IMG/VR virus record: IMGVR_UViG_3300037882_003354
Location: 62,001-126,000 of that record
Length of the DNA: 64,000 nt
Direction: 5' to 3' (one strand)
The notes beneath the pieces are model-generated. The model was not told where the DNA came from and did not search any database. It was given only the letters and a program-made list of their open reading frames with translations. This document shows positions 27,530 to 37,574 of the stretch, piece after piece. Numbering within the stretch: the stretch's first letter is position 1; each line of letters begins with the position of its first letter. The translations under genes and the position numbers were made by a program.

Positions 27530-30500
27530 TTAATCGTTGTCGTAAATGTCAGCACCAGCAACCATCCAAACGTCACCGTCGTTTTCACTATCGTCTGAAC
27601 GTGTGCCTTCTCTGATCTTGATTAAGGTAATCATTTGTCCACTACCGTTGTCTGGGAATCGAATCCACTGAGTTTTGGTATCGCCTCCTGACAACCACAT
27701 CTCGCCTCGAAGGCCGTCATTTTCACATTCTACATAAGCATCGTTGTTGCTGATGTTGACCAAGGTCACAGTATATCCCACGGGCAGTGTGACTCGTTCC
27801 CAGTTGGGAATAATCACATCATAGTTACTGTCTTCAATAAGAATATGTCTGCCTGAATCTTCAGGACGTAGCATATAACGACCAGCACTGATTCTCACCT
27901 GCGGTACAATGGCTGTGCTGAATGTCTGACGACTACCATCGGCAAACTCAACAGCACCGCCTTGGTTGCTCCGGATCACCTGTGGATAGAATGTGAAGTC
28001 ATAGTCAGGATAGTCAGTGTAGTAATATTTCACGTTGTCCACGCTGGTAATACCACCAGTATGCTCTGTGGCAGTAAATGCGGTCGATGTTCTACCACTC
28101 AGTCTCCAAACTTGGATTCTCTCATCGTCAAGTTCCGCATAGGTCCATAAACCGTGTAGGCCAACGCCCGTGCCGTCCAATGGCAGTGTGACAATGAACG
28201 CATTGTTATCATTGTCATCATTTGGAGCATCAGTAAAGCCCACCAAGGTAAACTGGTCACCGTGTATACTCAGGGCCTTGTTGCCATAACCCTGATAGCA
28301 CATTTGCGTGTCACTTTCATGAACGCCAAATAGACGCTTCCAAATGACTTCTCCATCAGTGTCTAGTTTGACAATCGCAATGGCCTGATCGTTAACCAAA
28401 TCACTACCGTCATCGTGTTCACAAGCAATTACAATCTCATCTGTGGCAGGATCCACTGCCACACTGATGTTGCTTTCTGGACTTCGCCACTGGCCATTAC
28501 CGTTTTTATAACCAATGAACTGTTGCCATATGATGTTTAGACTGCTGTCTAACTTGGTGACCAACACTTCGTCAGTCTCATCATGGTCCTGGTTATACTG
28601 ATCGTGAACTACCACAATTGAGTCGTTGGCCATCAGGGCCACTGCTCCTCGATTGGCAGAGTTGTTGCCCAGGTTGTTGTTGAGGAACTTGCTGGCTACC
28701 AATGTGCCTGTGCTGGAAAACTTGACCACCAGAGCTTGGTCATAGTTGACTTCATAGGTGCCTTGACCCACGGCATACAAGTGTGTGCCAGCCGCGTTCC
28801 AAACAACACCAGTGAAAGCATCGTCGGTTATGCCACCAATGGCCTTGGTAAAGTCCGGAGTCCAAACAAATGCCTCCCCATCCATGTTCTGCTTGATGGC
28901 AAATGTTGTGCCGGTTGCAGCATAGTCAACACTGGCATCGGTGGTTAACTGTAGGTGTGTTGATGCATGTGTGCCAGTTGAAGTGTCAATGTCTATAATC
29001 GCGCCGCCGGCGCCATCAGCATTGGTAACTGTTACGGTGATATTATTAGCAGGTGCTGTGCCACCAGCAAAACTTGTTCCTAGAATGGTAATAACATCAC
29101 CAGTAACATAGTCTTCACCAACAGTGGCAACTTGGGTACTGCTAACGGTTCCAGTAGTTGGATCAAAGTTTATATTGAATACCGCTCCAATACCAGTTAG
29201 ATAGTTGGTGCCTGTTACCAATGTGTATTGCGTAGATGTACCAGTTGAAGTTCCACTGTTGCTCACACTACTTATAGCACCCGAAGTTGAAGCGTCCACT
29301 GTAATGATACAATCGTTAGTACCATCCACTCCACCCAGTGCCGAACCTAATACTTTGATCTTGTGTCCTACTAGATAGTCTGTACCGCTGTTAGTAATTG
29401 CCGTGACAGAGTAAGAGCCGGTACTGATAACTTCATATGTGATTGACTGCGGCACTTCGTTTAATCCCTCAGTACCAGAAGCCCATACTCCAGTCCAAAT
29501 CACATCCACTCCTGTGTTAGTTGTTTTGTTATTAGTTGTGAATGTCTGAGGGCCACCACCTGTAATAACTGTGAATACTGTTCCGGTAGACAGGGCTTCA
29601 AAAGTATCGTAGTCAGTACCAATATTCCAATCTGCCTTGGTGGCTGTGATAGTAGCAACGCCGGGTTCTCCCACAACACTTAGACCAACTCCGAATGAAG
29701 TCGATGTATAAGTAGTACTGGTACTAGTCCCAGTTTTATCAATGGTGAACACTGCACCACTACCCTGTTTAACTGTGCCAGTCGATCCTGTATATTGGTT
29801 TACCGTCTGAACTCGAATCTGGTCAGTGATACCAGTGCCAGTAATCCACCAGTCACTAATACTGCTGCCGCCCGGAATATCTTCCCCTGGAAAGTGTTCA
29901 GCATCAATGTCTGCCTTGGTAACCCAAAGTTTATCTACCGCACTGCCCGCCAATGGAGTAATAGTACCGTATTCTGTGTATTCGTTGAACTTTTCACCCA
30001 CAACAGCAATCTTACCAGTAACACTGACATCAGTGTCGATAGCGTAGACATCACCTTCATCTTTAAGCGTAGTTGTGCTGACCACTGCGCCTGAACCTGA
30101 ATCCATGGTTACGATCACTGTTTCTGACCAGTTGCCGTCAAGGTTAAACATGTCAGAGTCACCCAACTCTGTTGAAGTTATGATGATGACCTCAAGGTTG
30201 CCAGAGACTGGATTGTAGGTCATTGACCTTATTTCGCATTCCGCGTCGTCATTATAGTCTTGAACGGAGGTATATGTATTTGAATGGCCAACTGCGCCGG
30301 TGCCGCTGTCAATAGTAACTGTGGCTACTTCTCCAACATAGTCATTAGCATTGGTAATAGTTGCTACTTCTAACACCAGTGTATTACTGGCATCTCCTCC
30401 AAGATCCTCACCATCGATAAGGATCCTATCACCCACTTTATAGTTATTGCCGCCATAGGTCACTATGGGAGTAGCATAGGTGCCGGTTGTAACCGTCACA

Positions 30501-32446
30501 GTGAACTCAGCACCCGAACCGCTGAATAGTTCTCTCTGCCATACTACCGCACCTTCTGGGGTAAATTTATAAATGTAGGCGCGGTCTCCGTCAAACCAGT
30601 TACTGCCCACGGCATAGGCAAAACCTTCAGCATCGTGACATACACTTTCAAACCAAATGTCACTGCTTGTGTTAGGGAACCTGCCGTACATGGTGGCGTA
30701 GCCCAACTGACGTTGTTGCAGTCGAATGTCAGCATCTGCTGGTGCTGTAAATGTGCCGTCCTTGCCAAATGTCCAGGTGTTGACCCGACTGGCTGTGCGT
30801 CTCACACTGACACTCACTGCCTGTGTGGCGATACTGGCCGTGCCGCCTTCAGTCATGGCAATATCATTTTGTAGAGACACTGGACCGTTGACTGCCACCA
30901 GAGTGTTGGTCAATCTGCCGGGAATACGGCTTGTTGACAGTGTCCAACCATCTGCTATGAATTTGGTGGCATCGGTGTCAAACTGTGCCAAGAAGCCTTG
31001 ATTAAAGTATTTTTCGTAGCTCCACGGTGCGTCAAGATCTGCGTCACTTTGGCCAAGTCTTACCGCACCACCAATAAGAATCTTCCCGTCTTGTACAGCC
31101 ATTAAGTCTGTGGCGACTCCGCCAAATGGACCATCGTTACCATATCCTGGAACTTCTTGTGCCAACGGATTGTCAAAATAACTTTGCCAAATCACAGCAC
31201 CTGTGGTCTTGTTGTATCGGGCCAAGGCCAATCGATTGGTGTAATAGCCTGCATCACTACCTTCTACTTCGGACAGGGGGTTTAATTCGTAGGTGCTGGC
31301 GTATAGATATAGATCACCGTCGTCGCCCACTGCGGTGCTGACACCAACCCAATCACACGCTCCTGGACCAACTCTACGATCCCAGGCCATGGCACCCAGT
31401 GTGGTCATCTTGAATAAGACAACAGCATTGCTTTTACCTGAAGAAACAAAATTGTCGCCTGGGTTGTCCACATAATATGTGCCGGCAACATAGATGTTGC
31501 CAATTGAGTCGAGACTTAGATTCCAGGCCTCACCAAAAGGTGTGTCATTTTCCAGTCTCACTGACTTTTGCCAACCCGATCCGCCAAGGGCAGTGATCTT
31601 GGCCACTAACATTTCGTCGTTTGTAGCAGTGGCTCCGTTGACTGTGCGTTCAACTTCAGCTTTGCCCACCGCAACGATGTCGTCATTGAAATCAACTGCC
31701 ACTGAGTAAATGCTTGAGGCACCGCTGTCAACAGTCAAAGACTTTTGCCAAGTGATGTCAGTGGCAGTAGGGTTCAGTTTGGCCACAAACGCGGTAGTAG
31801 TTGCGGCGCTGGTGAAATAAAAGTCGCCACCAATGATGATGTTGTTGCCACTGTCAACTGCCATGGCCCGGATCTCGAAATTGCTGGCCAAGTTCAATTC
31901 TTCACTGAATACAACAGCACCAGTGTCACCGTTGAGTTTAACAATGATCTTAGTGGTACCACTGTCTGGATTTACCACAAGCAAGATGTTATCAGCACTG
32001 TCAATCACAGCATTGCTTTCTGGGTAGAAGCCATTGTCGACAGCATCTATGCTTTTCTTCCAAACCAAGTGACCTGCTGGTGTAAACTTGGCAACTGCCA
32101 CACCGTCATCGTTTAGATTGAGTCGAGCAACAACAATGGCGTTGCCCAGACTGTCGTAGTTGGTGCTATAGACTGTGACACCTTTAGTGGCAACTGGGTT
32201 GCTGCTGTCTTCTCTACGCAGTCGAACCAACCAACGATCCGCATCGCCAGTTTGAACTGTGATAGCACCGTCACTGGCCAGATCATCGCCAACACCGTAT
32301 TCAAGTGAATTCCAACGGCTGGTACCGTCACCATACTTGATCTTGCCAGTGTCGGTTTCTAAACCTGGTTCACCAGCCGCCAGTATGGGATTGACACTGG
32401 TCCAGTTGGCCTCTGTGTCTCTGCGTAGTTTAATTCGTGTTGCCAT
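27530..32446 (-). CDS. giant tail fibre with Mtd_N-type anchor and beta-propeller repeats
   Basis: Start moved to 32446; RIKLRRDT..NW...NP.LAAGEPGLETDTGKIKYGDG..W (Mtd_N/hyaluronidase-N type), repeated 'vaKl...G...WqK' blades. Confidence 0.8.
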   Translation of the reverse strand: MATRIKLRRDTEANWTSVNPILAAGEPGLETDTGKIKYGDGTSRWNSLEYGVGDDLASDGAITVQTGDADRWLVRLRREDSSNPVATKGVTVYSTNYDSLGNAIVVARLNLNDDGVAVAKFTPAGHLVWKKSIDAVDNGFYPESNAVIDSADNILLVVNPDSGTTKIIVKLNGDTGAVVFSEELNLASNFEIRAMAVDSGNNIIIGGDFYFTSAATTTAFVAKLNPTATDITWQKSLTVDSGASSIYSVAVDFNDDIVAVGKAEVERTVNGATATNDEMLVAKITALGGSGWQKSVRLENDTPFGEAWNLSLDSIGNIYVAGTYYVDNPGDNFVSSGKSNAVVLFKMTTLGAMAWDRRVGPGACDWVGVSTAVGDDGDLYLYASTYELNPLSEVEGSDAGYYTNRLALARYNKTTGAVIWQSYFDNPLAQEVPGYGNDGPFGGVATDLMAVQDGKILIGGAVRLGQSDADLDAPWSYEKYFNQGFLAQFDTDATKFIADGWTLSTSRIPGRLTNTLVAVNGPVSLQNDIAMTEGGTASIATQAVSVSVRRTASRVNTWTFGKDGTFTAPADADIRLQQRQLGYATMYGRFPNTSSDIWFESVCHDAEGFAYAVGSNWFDGDRAYIYKFTPEGAVVWQRELFSGSGAEFTVTVTTGTYATPIVTYGGNNYKVGDRILIDGEDLGGDASNTLVLEVATITNANDYVGEVATVTIDSGTGAVGHSNTYTSVQDYNDDAECEIRSMTYNPVSGNLEVIIITSTELGDSDMFNLDGNWSETVIVTMDSGSGAVVSTTTLKDEGDVYAIDTDVSVTGKIAVVGEKFNEYTEYGTITPLAGSAVDKLWVTKADIDAEHFPGEDIPGGSSISDWWITGTGITDQIRVQTVNQYTGSTGTVKQGSGAVFTIDKTGTSTSTTYTSTSFGVGLSVVGEPGVATITATKADWNIGTDYDTFEALSTGTVFTVITGGGPQTFTTNNKTTNTGVDVIWTGVWASGTEGLNEVPQSITYEVISTGSYSVTAITNSGTDYLVGHKIKVLGSALGGVDGTNDCIITVDASTSGAISSVSNSGTSTGTSTQYTLVTGTNYLTGIGAVFNINFDPTTGTVSSTQVATVGEDYVTGDVITILGTSFAGGTAPANNITVTVTNADGAGGAIIDIDTSTGTHASTHLQLTTDASVDYAATGTTFAIKQNMDGEAFVWTPDFTKAIGGITDDAFTGVVWNAAGTHLYAVGQGTYEVNYDQALVVKFSSTGTLVASKFLNNNLGNNSANRGAVALMANDSIVVVHDQYNQDHDETDEVLVTKLDSSLNIIWQQFIGYKNGNGQWRSPESNISVAVDPATDEIVIACEHDDGSDLVNDQAIAIVKLDTDGEVIWKRLFGVHESDTQMCYQGYGNKALSIHGDQFTLVGFTDAPNDDNDNNAFIVTLPLDGTGVGLHGLWTYAELDDERIQVWRLSGRTSTAFTATEHTGGITSVDNVKYYYTDYPDYDFTFYPQVIRSNQGGAVEFADGSRQTFSTAIVPQVRISAGRYMLRPEDSGRHILIEDSNYDVIIPNWERVTLPVGYTVTLVNISNNDAYVECENDGLRGEMWLSGGDTKTQWIRFPDNGSGQMITLIKIREGTRSDDSENDGDVWMVAGADIYDND

Positions 32447-32465
32447 TACTCTGCTCCGATTATTT

Positions 32466-32669
32466 TTATGCTGTGCCGCCGTCCAACTCAATGTCTATCA
32501 GTGGATCGTATACTGACCCAGCGTACAGTCCATCCAGTGCATATAATGCCTGTTGAGTGGTCAAGGCCTGCTTTGCAGACCAGCGATCGCCAGTCCAGAT
32601 GTAGGTGACTGTATTGTCTGCTAGATAGTTCTGCCCCACTGCAGGGTTGACTGGGAAAATTATTGCCAT
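32466..32669 (-). CDS. small fibre-anchor-like protein
   Basis: 67 aa FP.NP..GQ.Y....TY.W.G..W motif; late promoter CATAAATA 32686-32693. Confidence 0.7.
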   Translation of the reverse strand: MAIIFPVNPAVGQNYLADNTVTYIWTGDRWSAKQALTTQQALYALDGLYAGSVYDPLIDIELDGGTA

Positions 32670-32763
32670 TGATATGTCCTATTCATATTTATGTGGTCAT
32701 GTTAATCCCACAAAAACTCGCTCATTGTTACCACTTGTGCTGCTGTCACTTGCTGGGACATGG

Positions 32764-33405
32764 TCATGCTGTTTGAATAGTGATCGGGCCAACATAGGTG
32801 TACAAGTAACTATCTGAGCCGTAAGTTGTTGTGACGGAACATCCAAAATACCCCGCAGACGAGATAGAAGTGTCCGTCACTTGAATGACTTGCACCCCAT
32901 TCACGACGACTCTAAGTGCTGTTCCGCTCACGGTGAAGGAGGTCACTACGTCATAAGGGGAACAAGATGCTGTTGTTATTGGAGTGTCATTCCCTGCAAG
33001 CCGCTTGTAGAGGGATACCGTCCCTGATCTAACAATAAGATAGTACCCCTGTGTTATTGCAGCAGTAGGGCCGGGGGTAGAGCGCGCCCAGACAAGGATG
33101 TCTGAGGGGTATTCAGTGTCTCCAGAATAGGTCGAAGATACCGTAGCATTTGTGAGTTGAACCGAATGTCTAAATGTCCCAATCTCTGGTGGTGGATCAT
33201 CAACCACCGCTCTCGCAAACCCGGACGCACACTCAACCGCACCTTCAGTGGCAATAAGCTGCCATGTTCCGTCACCAGAGATCGGGGAAGGGGTTCTGCC
33301 GCTTAGAGTGCCGCTACCTACCCAATTATCTTGTACCAGTGTTACGGGCACAAATGGTGGCACTGACGCACCGTAACTGGCCATTATTGCTGATACGCCT
33401 GTCAT
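32764..33405 (-). CDS. putative fibre-tip/lectin-like protein
   Basis: 213 aa beta-rich, starts 1 nt after the 1388-aa fibre stop; MTGVSAIMAS.G leader. Confidence 0.6.
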   Translation of the reverse strand: MTGVSAIMASYGASVPPFVPVTLVQDNWVGSGTLSGRTPSPISGDGTWQLIATEGAVECASGFARAVVDDPPPEIGTFRHSVQLTNATVSSTYSGDTEYPSDILVWARSTPGPTAAITQGYYLIVRSGTVSLYKRLAGNDTPITTASCSPYDVVTSFTVSGTALRVVVNGVQVIQVTDTSISSAGYFGCSVTTTYGSDSYLYTYVGPITIQTA

Positions 33406-33406
33406 A

Positions 33407-36400
33407 TTATGTTAGTCCTGTTCCGTTGATGTACCACACGCCACTGGAACTTGTGCCACTGACCTTGACTGCTGTGGCCATGCCGTTGGCTGCCAGAGTT
33501 CGGGTGCCAGTGCTTGTGCCACCTGCCAATCTCAATGTATCTGTGGTAATGGCGATCAGCACTGTGGTGGCACTTGCACCTGCTATGAATGTAATGGTGG
33601 TTCCAATGGGATATGCCACTGATGCGGCCGCTGGAATAGTTATGGTCTGACCTGCGGTTGTCACATAAATGTGTTTGCCAGCATCACTCATGGTCAACGT
33701 GGTAGTGCCAGTGGCGTTTTGTGGCAGGCCCATGTATCCCACACTGGCGGCTGTGCTTGCTGTTGTGGCCGCTGAAGCCTGGGCAGTTATACTGGCGGCA
33801 GTCACAGTTCCACCCACAAACATGCCACCGCCCACGCCCACACCACCAGCAACAGTTAGTGCACCTGTGTTTGTTGATGTCGCGGCAGTTGTATTAGTTG
33901 TTTGAATAATGTCGTCTGTTTGAATAAGAGTGGTAGTTACTGTGGTAAGTTCAATTGTTAATTTTTGTGCAACAATTTCTCCACCAACATACAAGTTACC
34001 GCCAATGCCAACTCCACCGGTAACAACCAATGCACCTGTGGCGGTAGATGTTGATGATGTGGTGTTTGACATCACAAATGTTGATGTGGTACCAGTATTA
34101 GTCCATGCTGTGGTCTGAACTGTTGAGTCTGGGAATGTTATTGTTCCAGTTGAACTGAGACTAAGTGTAGATGTACCGTTAACTAGTGTCGATGTCGAAG
34201 TTGCTCCGGTATAGGCTGTGGTCTGAACTGTTGAGTCTGGGAATGTTATTGTGCCAGTTGTTCCAAATGTCCAATGATTGGTATTGGTATTAGTAGTAGT
34301 GTTGGTACCAATGACAACATTGCCGTGATTTTTTTCAATCTTAACATACTGGTCATCATCACCTAGATATAGATCAACTGTGACAGGATCACCTGACAGC
34401 AGATGTATGTGATTTGTTTCAGTATTGACAGGGTCAGCAGTTGGACGAATGACCAAACTCTGGCCAGCAACGGCCCCAGGTGGTGATATAACTGTGGTGG
34501 TGGTTGTTTCACCAATGGTGCTACCTTGGGGTAATGTTATTGTGCCAGTTGTTCCAAACGTCCAATGACTGCTGCCAGAACCCAGTCCCATGTTGCCTGT
34601 ACTGCTAATGTTGTCATATCTTGCAGGCGGTGTGCCGCTGACATAGGTTGGTATTGTGCCAGTAATTGTTGCGCCTGCTGAGTCCAGGGCAAAATTAAAT
34701 GTTATATCATTACCAATACCAGTACCATCGCCGGTTCCGCCAGGGAAAGTGGTGCCAGGTACACTTAGGTTAATAGTACCGTCAGGTGGCCCGTAACCAC
34801 CGACACCCAAAGTTACTATTGCGTCGCTAATAGTCCCATCAGGCTGAACAGTAAAAGTCAACTGTGTTTCCCCATAACCCACTTCTATATTAGAAAAAGT
34901 TGTTGGCACATAATTCCACAGCACTGTTGGTAATGTTGTAGTACCATCACCACCAAATGTCCATGCCTTGCTATTGACTGTGAGGTCCACAGTTCCGCCT
35001 GTGTTGGTGGCAACTAGTCCACCAAAGTCACTGGTGTAAGTGGGCTGTGAAACATTATTTTTCCACTGTAAGTCTAAAGTACCACTACCGGCAATATTGG
35101 CATATAGCACCTTGTAGGAAACTATCTGCCCTTGTGTCAGTACAACCACTGCTGGAGTGTTTATTTCTGGAACTGGACTGATATCGCCATCGATTATAAT
35201 GAAATAATAATCGTCAGCAGATACGTTAAACGTGTAAGTGCCGGCTTCTGGTGCTCTAAAGTATCCAGTAAGTTCCCAAGTTTGTTCAGAAATACCTGTC
35301 CAATAGATGGGATTAACGATGTCTGTAATGTCAGCAGTCCATGTGGCCATTGACGATGACAATTCACCATACGTTGGAAGAGGAAGAGCGTACCCGCCCA
35401 CATACTCACTATAAATGTTTCTAGTCAGTCCCGATGTGGTACCAAGTTGAAGTCCCACATCGAGAACTCCGCTGTTTGGAAATGTTATACCACCAGCTCC
35501 ATTAGTTCCACTTAATGTCAACATGCCCGAAGCAGGGTTGATTGTTACTTTAGATGTACTCTGCCATGCGTCATCCGCATAAAATGTCATCCAAGCATTA
35601 CCACTTGTGCCATCACCATTAACCGGAGGTAACATTCCAGTGTAGGCGGAACTCTGAACTGTTAAGTCTGGAAATGTTAGACCGCCATCAGTACCAAATG
35701 TCCATGTTTCAGTTCCAACTATGACGTTGACAGTGTTAACCCCTGTGTTAACTGTACTAGTAGGAACAGGTAGTCCACCCGTGCCATTACTCCAAGTAAT
35801 TAGGTCATCAGTTGATATGTATTTTGCATCGAGGCCTTGAACAATAAACCAAACCCCGGGACTGATTTCTTCAATAGTTACACCATTACTACCTGTATAA
35901 AGTGTGGGACTAGTATTGATGTAGGTTTGGTTTACTGCGGCCAGTCCGGCACCAACAAGAGTAAGTGTTTCAGCACCAAGGGTTTCATTAATCACGCCAC
36001 CTTGAGGTAATGTCAACGCACCATCAGTAGCAAATGTCCAATGATTGGTATTTGTACTGGTTGCAATGACCACATCACCACCGTTCTTCTCAATCTTGAC
36101 ATACTGATTGTCGTCGCCCAGGTACAGATCAACTGTGACAGGATCACCTGACAGCAGATGTATGTGATTGTTTTCTGAGACTGCTGAGCCGTCCAGGGTG
36201 ACTGTGATGTCAATGGGCAGCCCAGAGGTGCCTCCAAATCCAGTTGCGGTGGTCAGAGCAAATGTAAAGGTGGTCATGCTGCTCAATGCAGGTATGGTCC
36301 AGGTCAGTGAGGTGGTGGTGCTGGTGGCCTCAATCACCAGTGTGCCAGTGGTTCCGGTGCCCAATTGTTGGGTGGTGGCTCCAGTGAATTCATAATCCAA

Positions 36401-37573
36401 TGTGCCGCCAGCATTGCCCATTGTATCTGTCGCTGTTATGGTTATACTTTCACCTGGAACAAAACCACCTGGGTGATCTGTTGATAAAGCAAATGTTCCC
36501 ACAGTGGGACGAATGACCAGACTCTGTCCTGCCAGTGCACCCGGAGGTGTTAGCACCATGGTGGTGGTCGTTTCAGCTATGGTGCCGCCTTGTGGAAGAG
36601 TTAATGTGCCGGTTGATCCCAGTACCACGCTGTAACTTCCAGTGGTCAATCTGTCAACTGCCACCGGATTGCCGTTTATATACAGCCCAGTATTATCAAC
36701 ACGCATGCGCTCACAGGCACCAGCGCCAATTAACACAGTGCATGCGCAGCCGGGGGCAGCTGGCAGACTGCCAATGATGGTGTTGCTAATTCCGGTGGTC
36801 AACAGACATCCTGCACTGGCACCAATGCCAATGTTACCGCCATAGCCACCATACGAATTTGCGCGCATCAGAGCCGAGTTGCCTATGGCCACGTTGTTGT
36901 TGCCAGAGATATTGGCGCACAGGGCTACATTACCCAATGCTATGTTGTTGCTGCCATTGCAGGTGTTGGCCAGTGAACGACATCCAATGGCAATGTTATT
37001 ATTTCCGTAACCATATCCGGCTTCTGAATCTCCAGTGCGTTGCAATCGATAGGCGGAGCATTGTCCAATGGACACATTGTTGTCATTGCCATAGTTATTG
37101 CAAAATTGTGACCTATGACCCAATGCAACATTGTTGCAGCCAGACCTATTGTTGACCAATGACTGACATCCCACAGCAATGTTGTTGCTACCGTCGTCGT
37201 TAAAACTTAATGATTGATAACCGATGGCGGTATTGTTGCAACCATATCCATTGCTGTAGAGCGCACATTTACCCTGTGCAAAGTTGTTGGACCCTATGCT
37301 ATTGGTGAAGAGTGCCTGTGTGCCCAGGGCTGTATTACTACAACCGCTGGCGTTGCCGTATAATGCCTGGAAGCCCACGGCCACGTTATCTTTACTGTTG
37401 CCATTGGCCGAAAGCCCACCGCCTCCCAGAAATAAACTGCAACGTGCATCAAAAGTCACGTTGCCCACGCTGCCGGTGTATCCAGTGAGGTCAAAATATC
37501 TTTGAACTCGATATGCTGTGATCAAGTCTTCACGTGAAAAGTCGTCGCTGTTTATTCCGTTGGCTGTTGGCAT
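33407..37573 (-). CDS. long modular tail fibre (Cys-rich YadA-like repeats, WTFG.DG.LT(F/L)P repeats, PA14 domain)
   Basis: 1388 aa; internal DNA-level duplications; WELTGYFRAP..GTYTF..SADD (PA14); ends GVWYINGTGLT. Confidence 0.8.
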   Translation of the reverse strand: MPTANGINSDDFSREDLITAYRVQRYFDLTGYTGSVGNVTFDARCSLFLGGGGLSANGNSKDNVAVGFQALYGNASGCSNTALGTQALFTNSIGSNNFAQGKCALYSNGYGCNNTAIGYQSLSFNDDGSNNIAVGCQSLVNNRSGCNNVALGHRSQFCNNYGNDNNVSIGQCSAYRLQRTGDSEAGYGYGNNNIAIGCRSLANTCNGSNNIALGNVALCANISGNNNVAIGNSALMRANSYGGYGGNIGIGASAGCLLTTGISNTIIGSLPAAPGCACTVLIGAGACERMRVDNTGLYINGNPVAVDRLTTGSYSVVLGSTGTLTLPQGGTIAETTTTMVLTPPGALAGQSLVIRPTVGTFALSTDHPGGFVPGESITITATDTMGNAGGTLDYEFTGATTQQLGTGTTGTLVIEATSTTTSLTWTIPALSSMTTFTFALTTATGFGGTSGLPIDITVTLDGSAVSENNHIHLLSGDPVTVDLYLGDDNQYVKIEKNGGDVVIATSTNTNHWTFATDGALTLPQGGVINETLGAETLTLVGAGLAAVNQTYINTSPTLYTGSNGVTIEEISPGVWFIVQGLDAKYISTDDLITWSNGTGGLPVPTSTVNTGVNTVNVIVGTETWTFGTDGGLTFPDLTVQSSAYTGMLPPVNGDGTSGNAWMTFYADDAWQSTSKVTINPASGMLTLSGTNGAGGITFPNSGVLDVGLQLGTTSGLTRNIYSEYVGGYALPLPTYGELSSSMATWTADITDIVNPIYWTGISEQTWELTGYFRAPEAGTYTFNVSADDYYFIIIDGDISPVPEINTPAVVVLTQGQIVSYKVLYANIAGSGTLDLQWKNNVSQPTYTSDFGGLVATNTGGTVDLTVNSKAWTFGGDGTTTLPTVLWNYVPTTFSNIEVGYGETQLTFTVQPDGTISDAIVTLGVGGYGPPDGTINLSVPGTTFPGGTGDGTGIGNDITFNFALDSAGATITGTIPTYVSGTPPARYDNISSTGNMGLGSGSSHWTFGTTGTITLPQGSTIGETTTTTVISPPGAVAGQSLVIRPTADPVNTETNHIHLLSGDPVTVDLYLGDDDQYVKIEKNHGNVVIGTNTTTNTNTNHWTFGTTGTITFPDSTVQTTAYTGATSTSTLVNGTSTLSLSSTGTITFPDSTVQTTAWTNTGTTSTFVMSNTTSSTSTATGALVVTGGVGIGGNLYVGGEIVAQKLTIELTTVTTTLIQTDDIIQTTNTTAATSTNTGALTVAGGVGVGGGMFVGGTVTAASITAQASAATTASTAASVGYMGLPQNATGTTTLTMSDAGKHIYVTTAGQTITIPAAASVAYPIGTTITFIAGASATTVLIAITTDTLRLAGGTSTGTRTLAANGMATAVKVSGTSSSGVWYINGTGLT

Positions 37574-37574
37574 A

